Assembly (NCBI RefSeq): GCF_009914755.1
Contig: NC_060930.1
From: the human T2T-CHM13v2.0 reference genome, Homo sapiens
Reading direction: 5' to 3' (one strand)
DNA length: 64,000 bases
Below, piece after piece: positions 30,360-44,467 of this stretch. The position numbers were made by a program, and so were the translations under genes. A model generated the notes under the pieces. The model ran no database searches. It saw only the letters and a program-made list of their open reading frames with translations, and was not told the DNA's origin. How positions within the stretch are numbered: the first letter of the stretch is position 1; each line of letters starts with the position of its first letter.

Positions 30360-31976
30360 CAGTTCTTGGACTTGTCGGTCTCTTTCTGGACGCTTTACTG
30401 TTAAAAATTATTGAGGGCCCTAAAGAGCTTTAGTTATGCGGGCCACATCTATATCTATTGATATTGACTGTATTAGAAATGTAAACTGAGCAATGTCCAA
30501 AATGTTTGTTTAACATAACAATAGTGGATCCATTTTTATGTAAACACAATAAACATTCTTTTAATGAAATGTCTCCTCAAACCAAAAAAAAAAAAAACTT
30601 AGTGAGTAGCCTTATTTTACATTTTTGCAAATTTCTTTAATGTGCATCTTAATAGAAGAAAACTAGATTCTCATATCAGCATCTACATTCAGTCTGTTGC
30701 AGTGTATTGCTTTGGTGGAAGTTATTTAAAGAAAATTCATTCTTATACAGGTACATGTAGTTGGAAAAGGGAGGAGTATTTTGATACTCCTTTCAGACAA
30801 CTGTGGATATTCTTTCATGTGTTCCCAAACTCAGCAAGTGGCCATTTCTTCAAGGTTGGTTGCAATGCAGAACCTGAGGCATTATTGGTGGACTTTTCTT
30901 ATTTGGTAGCATTAAAATTCATTGGCCTATCTTGTACTTGGAATAGATCTTTTACTCATGCGTGATTTCATAACATGCATTGTTTATTTGGAAATATGGA
31001 ATCACTAAGTTATGTAGATCTTCCAAATGTGGACATTTCATTTCACAGTATTAAAAATTACTTTCAGGCCAGTCACGGTGGCTCACACCTGTAATCCCAG
31101 GATTTTGGGAGGCCGAGGTGGGAGGATGGCTTGAGGCCAGGAGATTGAGACCAGCCTGGGCAATGTAGTGAGATCCTATCTCTACAAAAAATAAAAAATT
31201 AGCTGGGCATGGTGGCTTGTGCCTGTAGTCCAAGCTACTTAGGAGGCTGAGGTGGGAGGATTGCTTGAGTCTGGGAGGTTGAGGCTTCAGTGAGCTGTGG
31301 ATTGTGCCACCGCACTCAGCCTGGGGGACAGAGCGAGACCTTGTCTCAAAAAAAAATGTCACACTCAGATCTCATTGGAAAAGTATTGGGAAGCTCACGG
31401 TGGCAGATACAAATTTTCCAAAATTCTGATTTTTGTTGGACAGTTTGAATTATATCTACCAATACCGTCAGGCTCATTTTGTTCATTTTAAAGAAAATGT
31501 TTTTTTCTCACCTTTATTTTCCAAGTAAAAATTGTGGTTCTTGAAAAAAGACAGTTAGTTCCGCTCCCAACACAGTTGTACATATGTTTTTCCTCAATGC
31601 TACGATTGTGCTTGGGTATGCAGCTGACGAGTTGTATGTGTGCTTCCTGAACATGTTCCAAGGGTGGAGGTTTAGGAAAATTACCAATTTTTGCTGCTCC
31701 ATTGAGGACATTCTTAAGTGAAACTGGCGCATTTTTAAATGTAAGAGTGTGGCAATGAAGAGCGCAATGGTGCTGAGCACAGTTTGGTGTTCCTGCCTTA
31801 TTTGTGCTGAGACAGCAGCAGATGCTTTGCACCATCAGTGCACATGTCCTCAGAGAGCAAAAGGCAAATGACATTTGACATTTGACATTTTTCTGAAAAT
31901 AATTTTCAACTTGTGGACTCCCTGGAAGGGTCTTGGTGACCCCAGGAGTCTACAGACCACACCTGGAGAAGGGCTG
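30360..31976. mobile_element. Charlie1a-like hAT DNA transposon interrupted by an Alu
   Basis: ttaaaaattattgagggccctaaagagcttt at left end; gaagggtctt...gaccacacctggagaagggctg at right end. Confidence 0.7.
31067..31356 (+). mobile_element. Alu (J-like) nested in Charlie element
   Basis: Alu consensus. Confidence 0.92.
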
Positions 31977-32701
31977 TTCCGATACATATGGAGCAGCAAC
32001 ACAGAGGAGCAGAAAACTCATGTTCCAGGTTGATCAGGGCCACTCTCCAGGGAGGGTCTCACCTTTGTTAACCCCTAGGGAATGAGAAGGTAGATGAGGG
32101 GGCATAGAGCGTTCCAGGCGCAGAGAAGCCGGGAGGAGGCCGGGGCTGTCTAGCTGTGGGGAGGTGTGTGAGTAACTCAGATGGTTGGAGACTCAGGTGC
32201 AAATGGGGAAGAGGAGAAGGTAGGGTGAGACAGGTGAGCAGGGCCAGGTGACAAAGGGTCCACGGAGCTGCGAGCAGCCTGGATGTAAAGATCCACAGGG
32301 AAAAGATGATCAGGGTATGGTGGGTCAGATTTGTAGGTTAGAAAGACAGGCAGCCCCGGTGCCAGCCAGGGAAGGGCATTGCAGCTGCTGCTAGTCCTCT
32401 AAGAGATGACCAAGGGTGGCCAGGCACCAATGGGCTGAGAGGTGGGTGGCACAGCATGGCAGGCAGTCCCTGCCCTTCCCTCCCTCAGAGCACATAGGTA
32501 GGAGGAGATACTCTGTCCTCCTCCTTTACAGGGACTCTGTCTTGTATTTGTCACCAATAAATCACTGGGCACATAAGTAGAGTCATTCAACAAATATTTG
32601 CTTGAACATTTGAACAAATGAGTAGAGGATATAGGAACAACAAGACTCAGAATATGAGAAAGAAGAAAACCCCAGGTCTTCCGCTTTAAACATTTCAACA
32701 T

Positions 32702-33067
32702 TGACATGATTTGGCTGTGTCCCCACCCAAATCTCATCTTGTAGTTCCCTTAATCTCCATGTGTCATGGGAGGGACCAGGTAGAGGTAATTGAATTATGG
32801 GGGCGGTTTCCCCCATGCTGTTCTCATGATAGTGAGTTCTCATTAGATCTGATCATTTTATAAGGGGCTTCCCCCTTTGCTGGGCACTGATTCTTCTTGC
32901 TGCCACCATGTGAAGAAGGACATGTTTGCGTCTCCTTCCACCATGATTGTAAGTTTCCTGAGGCCTCCGCAGCCCTGCGGAACTGTGAGTCAATGAAACC
33001 TCTTTATTTTATCTATTACCCAGTCTCAGGTATGTCTTTATTAGCAGTGTGAGAATGGATTAATACA
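32702..33067 (+). mobile_element. THE1 (ERVL-MaLR) solo LTR, sense to TIAM2
   Basis: TG...tttggctgtgtccccacccaaatctcatcttg...taataCA; perfect 5-bp TSD AACAT. Confidence 0.92.
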
Positions 33068-33389
33068 AACATTAACTTTATTTTTCAACAAGATTCTAAG
33101 GCTTAAGGTGTGCAAAATAAAACTTGTAACTAAGAAGGGAGCTGTGGCTTTGTTTATAGCTTGAGATTGAATCCGGGTGCAAATAATTTGAGAAGTTTTT
33201 GCCTTCAAGGTGGAAAATGAACTTCTATACTTAATCCTGAATTCAGGCACATAAATTAGGTCCATGACATGAGATTTGCATTTTTTTACCCCATGGTAGG
33301 TACCCATCGCCTGTGAAGATCACACTGAGGCCAAGCTGAGAAACCAGTGATCTCTGGAGAAAAATATTTTTCTCTCATTTTACTTTTCT

Positions 33390-34280
33390 CTGGTTTATCA
33401 AGTATTTAGTTACTGCCTGTTGTGTCAGGCATTGATCTAGGAGGGCTAGAGATAAACAGTGAACACAGCAGGTAAAAAAGCATCCTTGCCCACGTGGAGC
33501 TTACTTGTATTTTAGTGTGTGGACATACAGAGTAAGCGGGAACCTCACAATTAATAAGTTATATAATGTATTCACAGATGATAAGTGTGACGGAACAAAA
33601 ATTGATCAGGGTGGGAGGGATGGGGAGTAGGGGCCAGGCTGGTTGCAGTTGTGCATAGGGCAGGCCGGTAGTGCTCAGGGAACAATGGACACCTAGGAGC
33701 ACAGGCTTGTGGGAGGTCAGGGATGGGGCCACGTGGCCGTCAGGGGGCAAAGCCTTCTAGGCTGAGGGAACAATCACATGTGCCCCGATGTGGCCTGTTT
33801 TTCGGCAGGTGTGCCTGGAAGGGCAAGGGAAGAGCAGAGCAGTGAGAGGTGAGGCCCAGAGGAAGTGTGAGGCCAGATCAGGCTGACCTCAAAGACCATT
33901 GTGAGGTCCATTTATTGGAGGGAAGGGAGAAGCCGTTGCAGAGAAGGAGGAGCAGGGAAGTAGTGACATGATCTGACGAGTGATTGGTAAGGATCACTGA
34001 GTGTTGCTGAAAATGGACTGAAGGAGGCAGTGGTGCAACAGAGGCTTTGCCGTCACCCAGGCGAGAGGTGAGGGGGTGGAGTCTGCTTGGGGTGGTGGCA
34101 GTGGCAGTAGAGCCAACAGAGCTCGCCCAGAGACTGGAAGGAGAGGGATCAGAGGTGACCCCCAGGTTTTGGCGTGAGCATCCAGAAAGTTGGAGTTTCC
34201 ATCAGTTAAAATAGGAAGATGGGTGTGGAGCAGCTTTGGGGAACGATGAGGAATTGGTTTGGGAACTCCTTGTGTTTAAC
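33390..34280 (-). mobile_element. L2 fragment
   Basis: caagtattta...tgtgtcaggcattg.tctagg...gtggagcttac followed by a purine-rich L2 body. Confidence 0.7.
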
Positions 34281-34325
34281 TTCTGTTCATGTTGAATATT
34301 TCACCTGCTTCCAAAACCGTTTTGA

Positions 34326-34589
34326 AATGAAAACTCATCTATAAAATTCCATAAGAGGTATCAAAATTAGCAACAGAAAGAGAAAGGGGGGAAATTTTAA
34401 AAGGCATATTGGTCTTTCCTCTAGATTGGATGGTGTTGGGAAGCGGGAGTTACTCAATGATTGGGAATCTTAATAATCTTACCTAGAAGATGCTCTAAAT
34501 GGTAAATGAATTTACAATGAAAACGTTATCTATAAAATTCCATTAAATTCATCAAAATTAGCAACATAAAGAGAAAGGGAGGAACTTTG
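34326..34589 (+). repeat. Diverged direct repeat of about 73 bp, period about 190 bp
   Basis: aatgaaaac..atctataaaattccat....atcaaaattagcaaca.aaagagaaaggg at 34326 and 34516. Confidence 0.85.
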
Positions 34590-35486
34590 AGTGACACATT
34601 ACCCCTTTAAAGATGTCCACTCATAGTGTAAGGCAAACACATATTTGTTTATAGGAGAATAAATCAATAGGCTTTGAAATGCAAATTGTAGCACATCAGT
34701 TCCTTTCATTTCAGACAATTTAGTTCTGATCTGTTGTACCTTATAAATTTATTTCTGCCCTACCATACTCAGCTATGATTATTTATAAATTATCCAATCT
34801 CATATAAATCCATTTATCTGTTATCCTTTCTTGCATATGGCTGTTAACATCTTTAACATGTCGTGGGAAAATGTGACAAAGTTCAAATTATCCCATTTTG
34901 TTACTTGTTGGTAGCTCTGGAGAAGGTTATTTGGAAAAAAGCACATGAAATTGTTAACAAAATTATTGTGTATCTTCTGTTAGGAGCCCTGGCCAGCTGC
35001 CCTGGGGAGTGAGCAGGTGCTATTCCACAGTTTCTAGAGTGGCAGGATGCCCCCTCCTTCCAGAAGTCTCCCAGTGGGCTTGTGCCAAATCTGGACTTCC
35101 CAGTGAAGCACTTGGAAACTGCCGAATGAAAGGACATGTGATCCTCCACATTTTAACATTTTTCTTTCCAAACACTAGTTATTTTCTCCTAAATTGCCAT
35201 TTGTGAATCTAATTCTGTCTTTCATGTTTCAGTTGATGAATGGCCATGCCATTCTTTTGTGAAGTTTAGGCATCTTCGCATAGCAGTATTAGCAACATTA
35301 TTTGAACATTTATTGAATTTTGTCATTATTATTTTATACAAATGATTGAGGAAAAATGGGGGCTGAAAATGTTGATAAGAAGCCTAGCTTTTCTAAGCTT
35401 AATTACCCATGACCCCGAAATGCCAGTCACCGCATGTGTCCAGCCAGCAAGACATTAGCTCCATATGGATGTTCTTTGACCTTGAA

Positions 35487-35857
35487 TGTATTGGTCTGTT
35501 CTTATGCTGCTAATACAGACATACCCGAGACTGAGTAATTTATAAAAGAAAGAGGTTTAATTGACTCACAGTTCTGCAGGGCTGGGGAGGCCTCAGAAAA
35601 CTTACAATCATGGTGGAAAGGGAAGCAAACATGTCCTTCTTCACATGGCGGCGGCAAGCAGAAGGGCCGACCAAAAGGGGGAAAGCCCCTTGTGAAACCA
35701 TCAGATCTCGTTTGAACTCGCTGTCACCAGAACAGCATGGAAGTAACCATGCCCAAGGTTAAATTACCTCCCACCGGGTCCCTCCCAGGACAGGTGGGGA
35801 TTATGGGAACTACAATTCAAGATGAGCTTTGGGTGGGAACACAGCCAAACCATATCA
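35487..35857 (-). mobile_element. THE1 (ERVL-MaLR) solo LTR, antisense
   Basis: tgtatt...acagccaaaccatatca, the reverse complement of THE1 termini. Confidence 0.92.
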
Positions 35858-36320
35858 CTGAGCAAGTCAGTATGTGTTCACTGGGGAAAGAGGAGAAAAT
35901 TAATACATGTGCTAGGTCTACTTAAAAGGTGCAGCACAAATAGAAGTTTTATCATTTTTTGGGATCTCTGGGAGTAGAAGTTCACAGAACCTGAATACTC
36001 ACCTTTTATGCTTCTCTTTTACAATTGTAGTCTGTGAGAAGTGTGGGGCTGCTTGCATGTCACACTGGCGGAATCTTGGGCTCTTCCTCTTTTGAACTCT
36101 GAAGGCATTTTGTCTGTATGGCTGATATGAAAGTTGCCTTGCAATATCGCTCACTGTGTGCCTGTCCTAATTAACCTACTACTGACAATCCCTTGAAAAC
36201 AGGGACTTTGAAGAGTGTAAAGGATGTTTCAGACACAGCAGCCAGCACAATTCTTGATAAAAATAGCAGGCATTGAGTAAATAGCTATTGAGTGAAAGGA
36301 AGGTTGTTAGAAATCTCTTA

Positions 36321-36646
<326 letters not shown>

Positions 36647-37007
36647 TTAAGGCAACGTTCTTAAGAATGAATTATGGGGGATAAAAGGAATCCTTGGAAC
36701 ACATCTTGAGGCTTCCATGATTTCTTCTTTATAAATCTGATGCAAGGGAATGGTGCCGAGACTTTCTTGAGCCGAGGTCTCCATCAGTGGCACATGTGTG
36801 GAGGGCACCCTGGGATGGCCCATGGCTGTGGTGGTGGAGAACCACATGCCCCAGCTCTGGAGTCCTACTGCATATCCTGGGAGTCCACGGAGCCTAGCTG
36901 CTGGCTCACGTCTGTGCTGCTCTGCAATTTTAATGGGCTAATTGGTGCCCATGACAGTTAATTTGCCAGCTAAACCAAAACCACAACTAAAAAAGGACAG
37001 TAACTTC

Positions 37008-37357
<350 letters not shown>

Positions 37358-38389
37358 TAGTGACAGTGAGTTGTGTTTTAATTTGGGGATAGTAACATTT
37401 GTAAAAGACTATGGGTCTCAAATAAGGTCTCAAATGGATTCTAGTTCCTGGCTTTTTCGTCTGTGACCATGGGCAGGTTACTATAACTATTTTCTTGACT
37501 CTTAAAACAAGGGATGAGGCAAAATAGTTTAAAATTTTTTCCTTCTCTCTCTGAAATTCTTGTATTTAACGTGATTGAAGTGACAATATAAGAACTACAG
37601 GAGTGTACATTTCCTCCAAAATTTTATGAAGCGAAAAAAGCAAAGTAATGGATCAAACATTCCATTTTGGTTTTGCAGCCAGTCCCATTCCCTCCTTAAA
37701 TAGAGTCAGGTCTTGACTGCGGTAGAGAACGTGTTTGTTAAGGCTTCCTAATAATAGCAGGCTGTCTCAATATAAAGTTCACAAAGAACCTTAAAAACAT
37801 GAATTATCCCTCACATCACCCTGATGGAGCAGAGATGTGTTATTATCATTTTACTTTCACAGCTGGGTAAATCAAGGTATAGAGACACATCAAGCCTCTG
37901 GTAGCTTGGACAAGGTCATAGTCAGTGGCACACACAGATAGAACTGTGTCTTCCTGTTTTTCCTTCCATGTAGGGAAAAATGTCTGGATTTTAACTGCTT
38001 TTTTTTCCTTTTAAAGATTTATCTATTAATATACATAGAGTAAAACCCAGTTATAATTTGCCTTGCAGTAAAGCAAATTTAGATGTGATCGGATTGCTGA
38101 TAGTCCTTGTCTTCTCATCTGGATTCTTATCTGAGGGTTGGGACTGATGATCAGAAAGGTCTTGTGATCATCTGGGGCTTTCTCAGTTCAGGGAAAGGTC
38201 AGTTATTTACAGTCATAGCTTCGCTATCTATTCTTGTTCCTTTTTTGATGGTTCATACAGATTTTCATTAACCTTGCAATCATGTGGCCATATATTTCCT
38301 GTGATTTGTTTCTTTGGAACCCTCTTATGGTGGAGTTTTGCTGTTAATTCTAATTTCTCTCCTGTAATATCTACCCTGACTTCCTTATC

Positions 38390-39120
<731 letters not shown>

Positions 39121-40359
39121 TCGCCTTCTTTTAATCCAAGAGAACTGTAGCACTTACTGAAAAGTGTCCTCAAATTTTCTTTTTTCCGTAGAAACTTTCT
39201 CTAATAGAATCTCATGTGTACTTTTGTCTAGGTTTCTTCTCAAAGTCTTTAAATAGAACTCCAGCTAAGTAGTTCCTAAGGGCTTTGAACTTAAATTCAA
39301 CTTTATTAAAATTCTTGGAGTGTTTGAAGTACGGTATTGTCTGTTACATGCCTGAAGGTAAGTAAGTGTGGCATTGGGGTGTCCTCCCAGTACTAGTGGG
39401 TGTCCGTTTCCTTGCAGTGCCAAGACCTTGGCTGAAGATCTCTCTCGTCATTGACTGTGTATTTTTCACTGGGGCTCATAAAACCCCATGGGAGGCTCTG
39501 CACCTTCTTTCTTTGGGTTAAGCACGCTGCCTCAGTCACTGCCATAGCCTGCCTGGCGAAGGAAGATATGGGTACATCTAAACGCTCTTTTTCGTTGTTC
39601 TAAGAAGGAGTATTGCAGTCAGTGTGGAGGTGGCTGGCAGCACCTTTCTACTGTGAGAACATCTGCCATGTTCCTTTATGTATTTTTTCCCACTCTAAGG
39701 ACATTTATCACAAGACAATTGAAACAGATCCTGGCAGCCTGCTATTAAGAAACATTTACTACCAGCATTTACTTTACTGCTCTCTGTTTATTGCCGGTGT
39801 TAGCTTGCATTGTCAAAAACATCACCAATTGGAATGTGACCTCAGGTTAAATGGACTTGGAAGATTTATGAATCTTTCTAGCACAGTATTTGTGCTATAA
39901 TAGAATTTATTTCTTTGCAAGCTTAACAATAACATTCAGACTGCTGCTTTGAATTTCCCTGACATGAGTCATAACAATAAAAAAAATGCAAAGTCCCAGA
40001 TATGGTCAGAAGAGAAGACTGATTTTTATCTATATTAAGAGTAGGTAATAATAAATGGTGATCTCTTTGTTAATGGTGCAGTTTGGGACTTGACTCACCT
40101 TTGAATGTGGTCAACTCAAGAGTTACTTTTTTTTTCCCTCTCAGTTATTTCTATTATTTCATTTAAATGCTTTGTTTTCATTCTCTTTCACTGACTGATG
40201 ATCAGAAATATTTGCCTGGATGGCACAGTACAGCTAATGTCATTAGTGAAAGGTGGCACAAACCACTGCATTTTAAAGTAAAAGTATGAGTAAAATTTTG
40301 GACAATCTGTGTTACTTAAAAATATGCATTGCTATACAAAGTTTACAAATTTAAATTTA

Positions 40360-40667
<308 letters not shown>

Positions 40668-40696
40668 ACAAAGTTAAATTTAAAAGGAGAGATTCT

Positions 40697-41007
40697 GGCT
40701 GGGTGCCATAGCTCACGCCTGTAATCCCAGCACTTTGGGAGGCTGAGGTGGGTGGATCACTCGAGGTTAGGAGTTTGAGACCATCCTGGCCAACATGGCA
40801 AAACCCCATCTCTACTAAAAATACAAAAAAAAAAAAAAAAAAATTAGCCGGATGTGGTGGCATGCACCCATAGTTCCAGCTACTCAGGAGGCTGAGGCAC
40901 GAGAATTACACCTGGGAGGCGGAGGTCGCAGTGAGCTGAGTTCACGCCACTGCACTCCAGCCTGGGTGACAGAGCAAAACTCTGTCTCAAAAAAAAAAAA
41001 AAAAAAA
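40697..41007 (+). mobile_element. Alu (S-like)
   Basis: Alu consensus, expanded middle A tract. Confidence 0.92.
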
Positions 41008-42733
41008 GAGAAAGATTTGCAAAGATTTTCTTTGCAAATGTTCAATGTGCTGTTTGTACTGTGAGAACTGGCTGTGAGCATTAATGCAGAGTTTTGTAAT
41101 AGTGGGTGAAGCTTGAAGAATTGAAAAAAAGTCTTAATTTTCTATTTACATAATGCTATTATGCCTAGGCTGGCAGCTTTGATTTACCCAAATTTTAATC
41201 TTTTCTTAAAATTACATTTGTACTTTTTTTAAAAAACAAAAGATACATAAAATGAAGGAATTGAATAGGGTGATTTCTGAGTTTCTTTTCTGATCTAAAA
41301 TTCTTTGATTCTCTACGAGTTTTTCATTTATGGAATTGCATAGCATAAATTCTGAGAAACTGAATAGGGAAACTGAGTAAATCAAATAGATTAATAGCAT
41401 AATTCAAATAAAGTACGTTATTTTTTCTGGATGTCAGTAGATAGTAGAATGTAAGTATTAAATGTCAGAGACGTGTAACTCTAATGCCAAAGTGGATTAT
41501 GTAGTTGAAAACTTAATTAAACCATTTATTATTCACTTGTAACTACTTTGACATTATTTTTTAGATTTTTTTCAGTCTTAGAAAATTATTCTTCTGTAGT
41601 TTTCACATCAGAAGGGGTTTCTAAGGATTAATGATTTAATCAACTAAAAACATTTTTTGAGCCTGAGATGAGAGTCCCACTGAAATACACTTCATTGTTA
41701 TTTGGCTGCTATATTTTTAATTGCTTTAGTGAGTATATTTTATCTTTCTTTGGGAAGTGAGGGAAACTAATACTCAGAGGGTGCAAAATGCTATGGGTTG
41801 GATGCATTTTGCATCCTCTGATGCCACTTGATTCTCTTAGAGGTAAAGTTGAGGTCCTGGCCACGGGGAGGGGCAGAGGCAATTCTCAGAGGTGGTGGCG
41901 CTGACCACCAGGTGACATTTTGGAAGTTTGTGTTTCTGTTTTTGGTCATCATAATGATTCCAGGGATGGTGACGTTTGGTAGTTGGGACATGGTTGCTGG
42001 ACATCCGGCAGTGATCACGTTAATCCCATACATTGCACATTGTTCGACTGGACCTTAATGGAGGTTAAAAAACATGCATATAATTATCTGAGCTAGGAAT
42101 TACCTCGATTTTACAAAGAAATGCAAATTATTTTTTCCCCACAGCTATAGGTACTTGGAATTTTCTGGGAAGATGGCAACCCAATAAATAAAGGAAGTAC
42201 ATCCTTTGTTTTGCTCAGAACTTTGCCAAGAGTTTTGTCATTTTGGAAAATCATGTCCCTGATGGTCATACCACCAAGACACACTGGCATTGGTCTCTGG
42301 TGAAGCTTGGGACAAGGCCTGTAGAGCCAGTGGCTGACAGCTTCCTCACGGCTTCTGGAGAGGTTCTGGTGCCATTTACATATGGAGTATAATTCAAACA
42401 AAGTATTCAAACCATAGTTTTTAATTATAAATTACTTTCCGTTTATTTTTCTTTTTGTCTTATTTTTAGGGTAGTATATTGCTTTTGGAGAAACTATGAA
42501 GGTAGATTATATTAAGAATGATTTTTATTTCAGGATAGTAAAAGTATATATTATCAAAAAGGACCCTTTGGATATGAGAGTATTAAAAATCAATGTACTA
42601 TAATATATGCTTTGAAGCATGAAAAACATATTTTAAAAACAATTTTCATTCTCATGCCCGATACTTTTAGTCTATTTCAAATGAATCCTCAGTCCGCATA
42701 TTGAAGCACGGCTTTTTCCGATGCGGTGACTGC

Positions 42734-43100
42734 TGTCTTAGTTCATTCGTGCTCCTGTAAAGAATAGCACACACTGGGTAATTTTAAAACAAATTTACAG
42801 GCTCAGAGTCCTAGAGGCTGGGAAGTCCAGTGTCAAGGTGCCATTAGGTTTGGTGATTCTGATTCCAGGATGGCACCTTGAACGCTGCGTCCTCATTGTG
42901 GCTGAAGGTGGAAGGGTAAACAGTGGAAGAGAACAGAGCCACTCCTGAGAGCCCTTTTTATCATAGCATTAATATTCATGAGTCATGGGTAGAGCCCTCA
43001 TGACCTAAACACCTCCCAGTAAGTCTACCTCCCAACACCATTGCATTGAGAATTAAGTTTCCAACATGTGAATTCTGGGGGATACATTCAAACTATAGCA
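42734..43100 (-). mobile_element. MLT1A-like MaLR solo LTR
   Basis: tgtcttagttc...ggctgggaagtcca...acattcaaactatagca; near-TSD actgc/actac. Confidence 0.8.
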
Positions 43101-43115
43101 ACTACCATTATTAAT

Positions 43116-43119
<4 letters not shown>

Positions 43120-43153
<34 letters not shown>
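43120..43153 (+). repeat. Pure A34 tract with no attached SINE/LINE body
   Basis: Read directly. Confidence 0.92.
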
Positions 43154-43156
<3 letters not shown>

Positions 43157-43456
43157 ATCTTGTACCTTTGTACCTAAGAAGAGAAAACAAATGTTCTCCT
43201 GTCACTTTGCATTTCTTGTTTTTGGCTATGGATTAATATCATGTTGAAATTTTAAATTTAATTTCTCTTTAATTGCTGTTCCGGAGAACTGGGGAGGCAC
43301 TCTCAGACTTTGGGGTGGAGTGGTTCTTAGATCACTTTTTCTAGGAACCAGTTGTCTGTCCTCAGGAGGCCCCATCCTGGCTGCTGGAAAGGCAGGGGAA
43401 CTCTTCCCTACCTGTCCTTACAATCAGGAGCTGCCTGGTGTCTCCAGGGTCTGCTG

Positions 43457-43474
43457 GCGGCCACCTGGTGGGTG
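43457..43474 (-). promoter_or_regulatory. Candidate CTCF site (reverse)
   Basis: minus strand CACCCACCAGGTGGCCGC contains an exact CCASYAGRKGGC match. Confidence 0.5.
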
Positions 43475-44046
43475 TCCAGGGACTACAAAGAACTTTCTTG
43501 CCTAGTCTCTTGCTGCCTGGTTGAGTAGGGAGGAGGCTGCCAGCAAGACTGGGATTATGGGATGGCATCAGCCAGATGAACCATACGTAGCTGCCTGAGG
43601 AGAGTCAGGCTTCCTTAGGATTAAGCTGCAGGTGGGATGCTGGCAGGGACACCACCACGCACGCCAGGCCTTCTCCCAAGCTTTCCATTGCTGCCCGTTT
43701 CCAAGAATTCCCCCTTGAGCCTATCACAGTGAGCACCTAGATCTATTGGTGCTTTCTGGGCAACAGGAAAAAGAAATGGCAAAACCCACACGTTTGCATA
43801 TTAACTGTGCTAGGTTGGATTTGGAAATGATGTAACTGTACATTTTGAATTCAGATTACGAGCTGTGTGGGTGAGACAACCTTAACTTCAATATTTCCTG
43901 ATATTTCTGTTTTTAAGTTGGTACCCAGGATGTCCCTTTAACAAATGTTTTGCCCTTTCGTTGTAAAGGATCTGGGGTTGCCAGTGACTTGGCTGACAGT
44001 GGTGCTAATGGGCCAGGTACTGACGCACAGTTCAGGAGGAAGCTGA

Positions 44047-44467
<421 letters not shown>

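Noticed and set aside
31488-31874. 128-aa minus-strand ORF as a possible transposase
   Set aside because: It lies in a decayed non-autonomous Charlie element; no catalytic motif is recognisable
32702-35857. Full THE1 provirus
   Set aside because: The LTRs are in opposite orientation, the first has its own TSD, and the interior is L2/unique sequence rather than THE1-int
41887-41918. Additional CTCF-like motif and small hairpin (GGTGGT...ACCACC)
   Set aside because: Core mismatch (GGTGAC instead of GGTGGC), and a 6-bp stem is within chance
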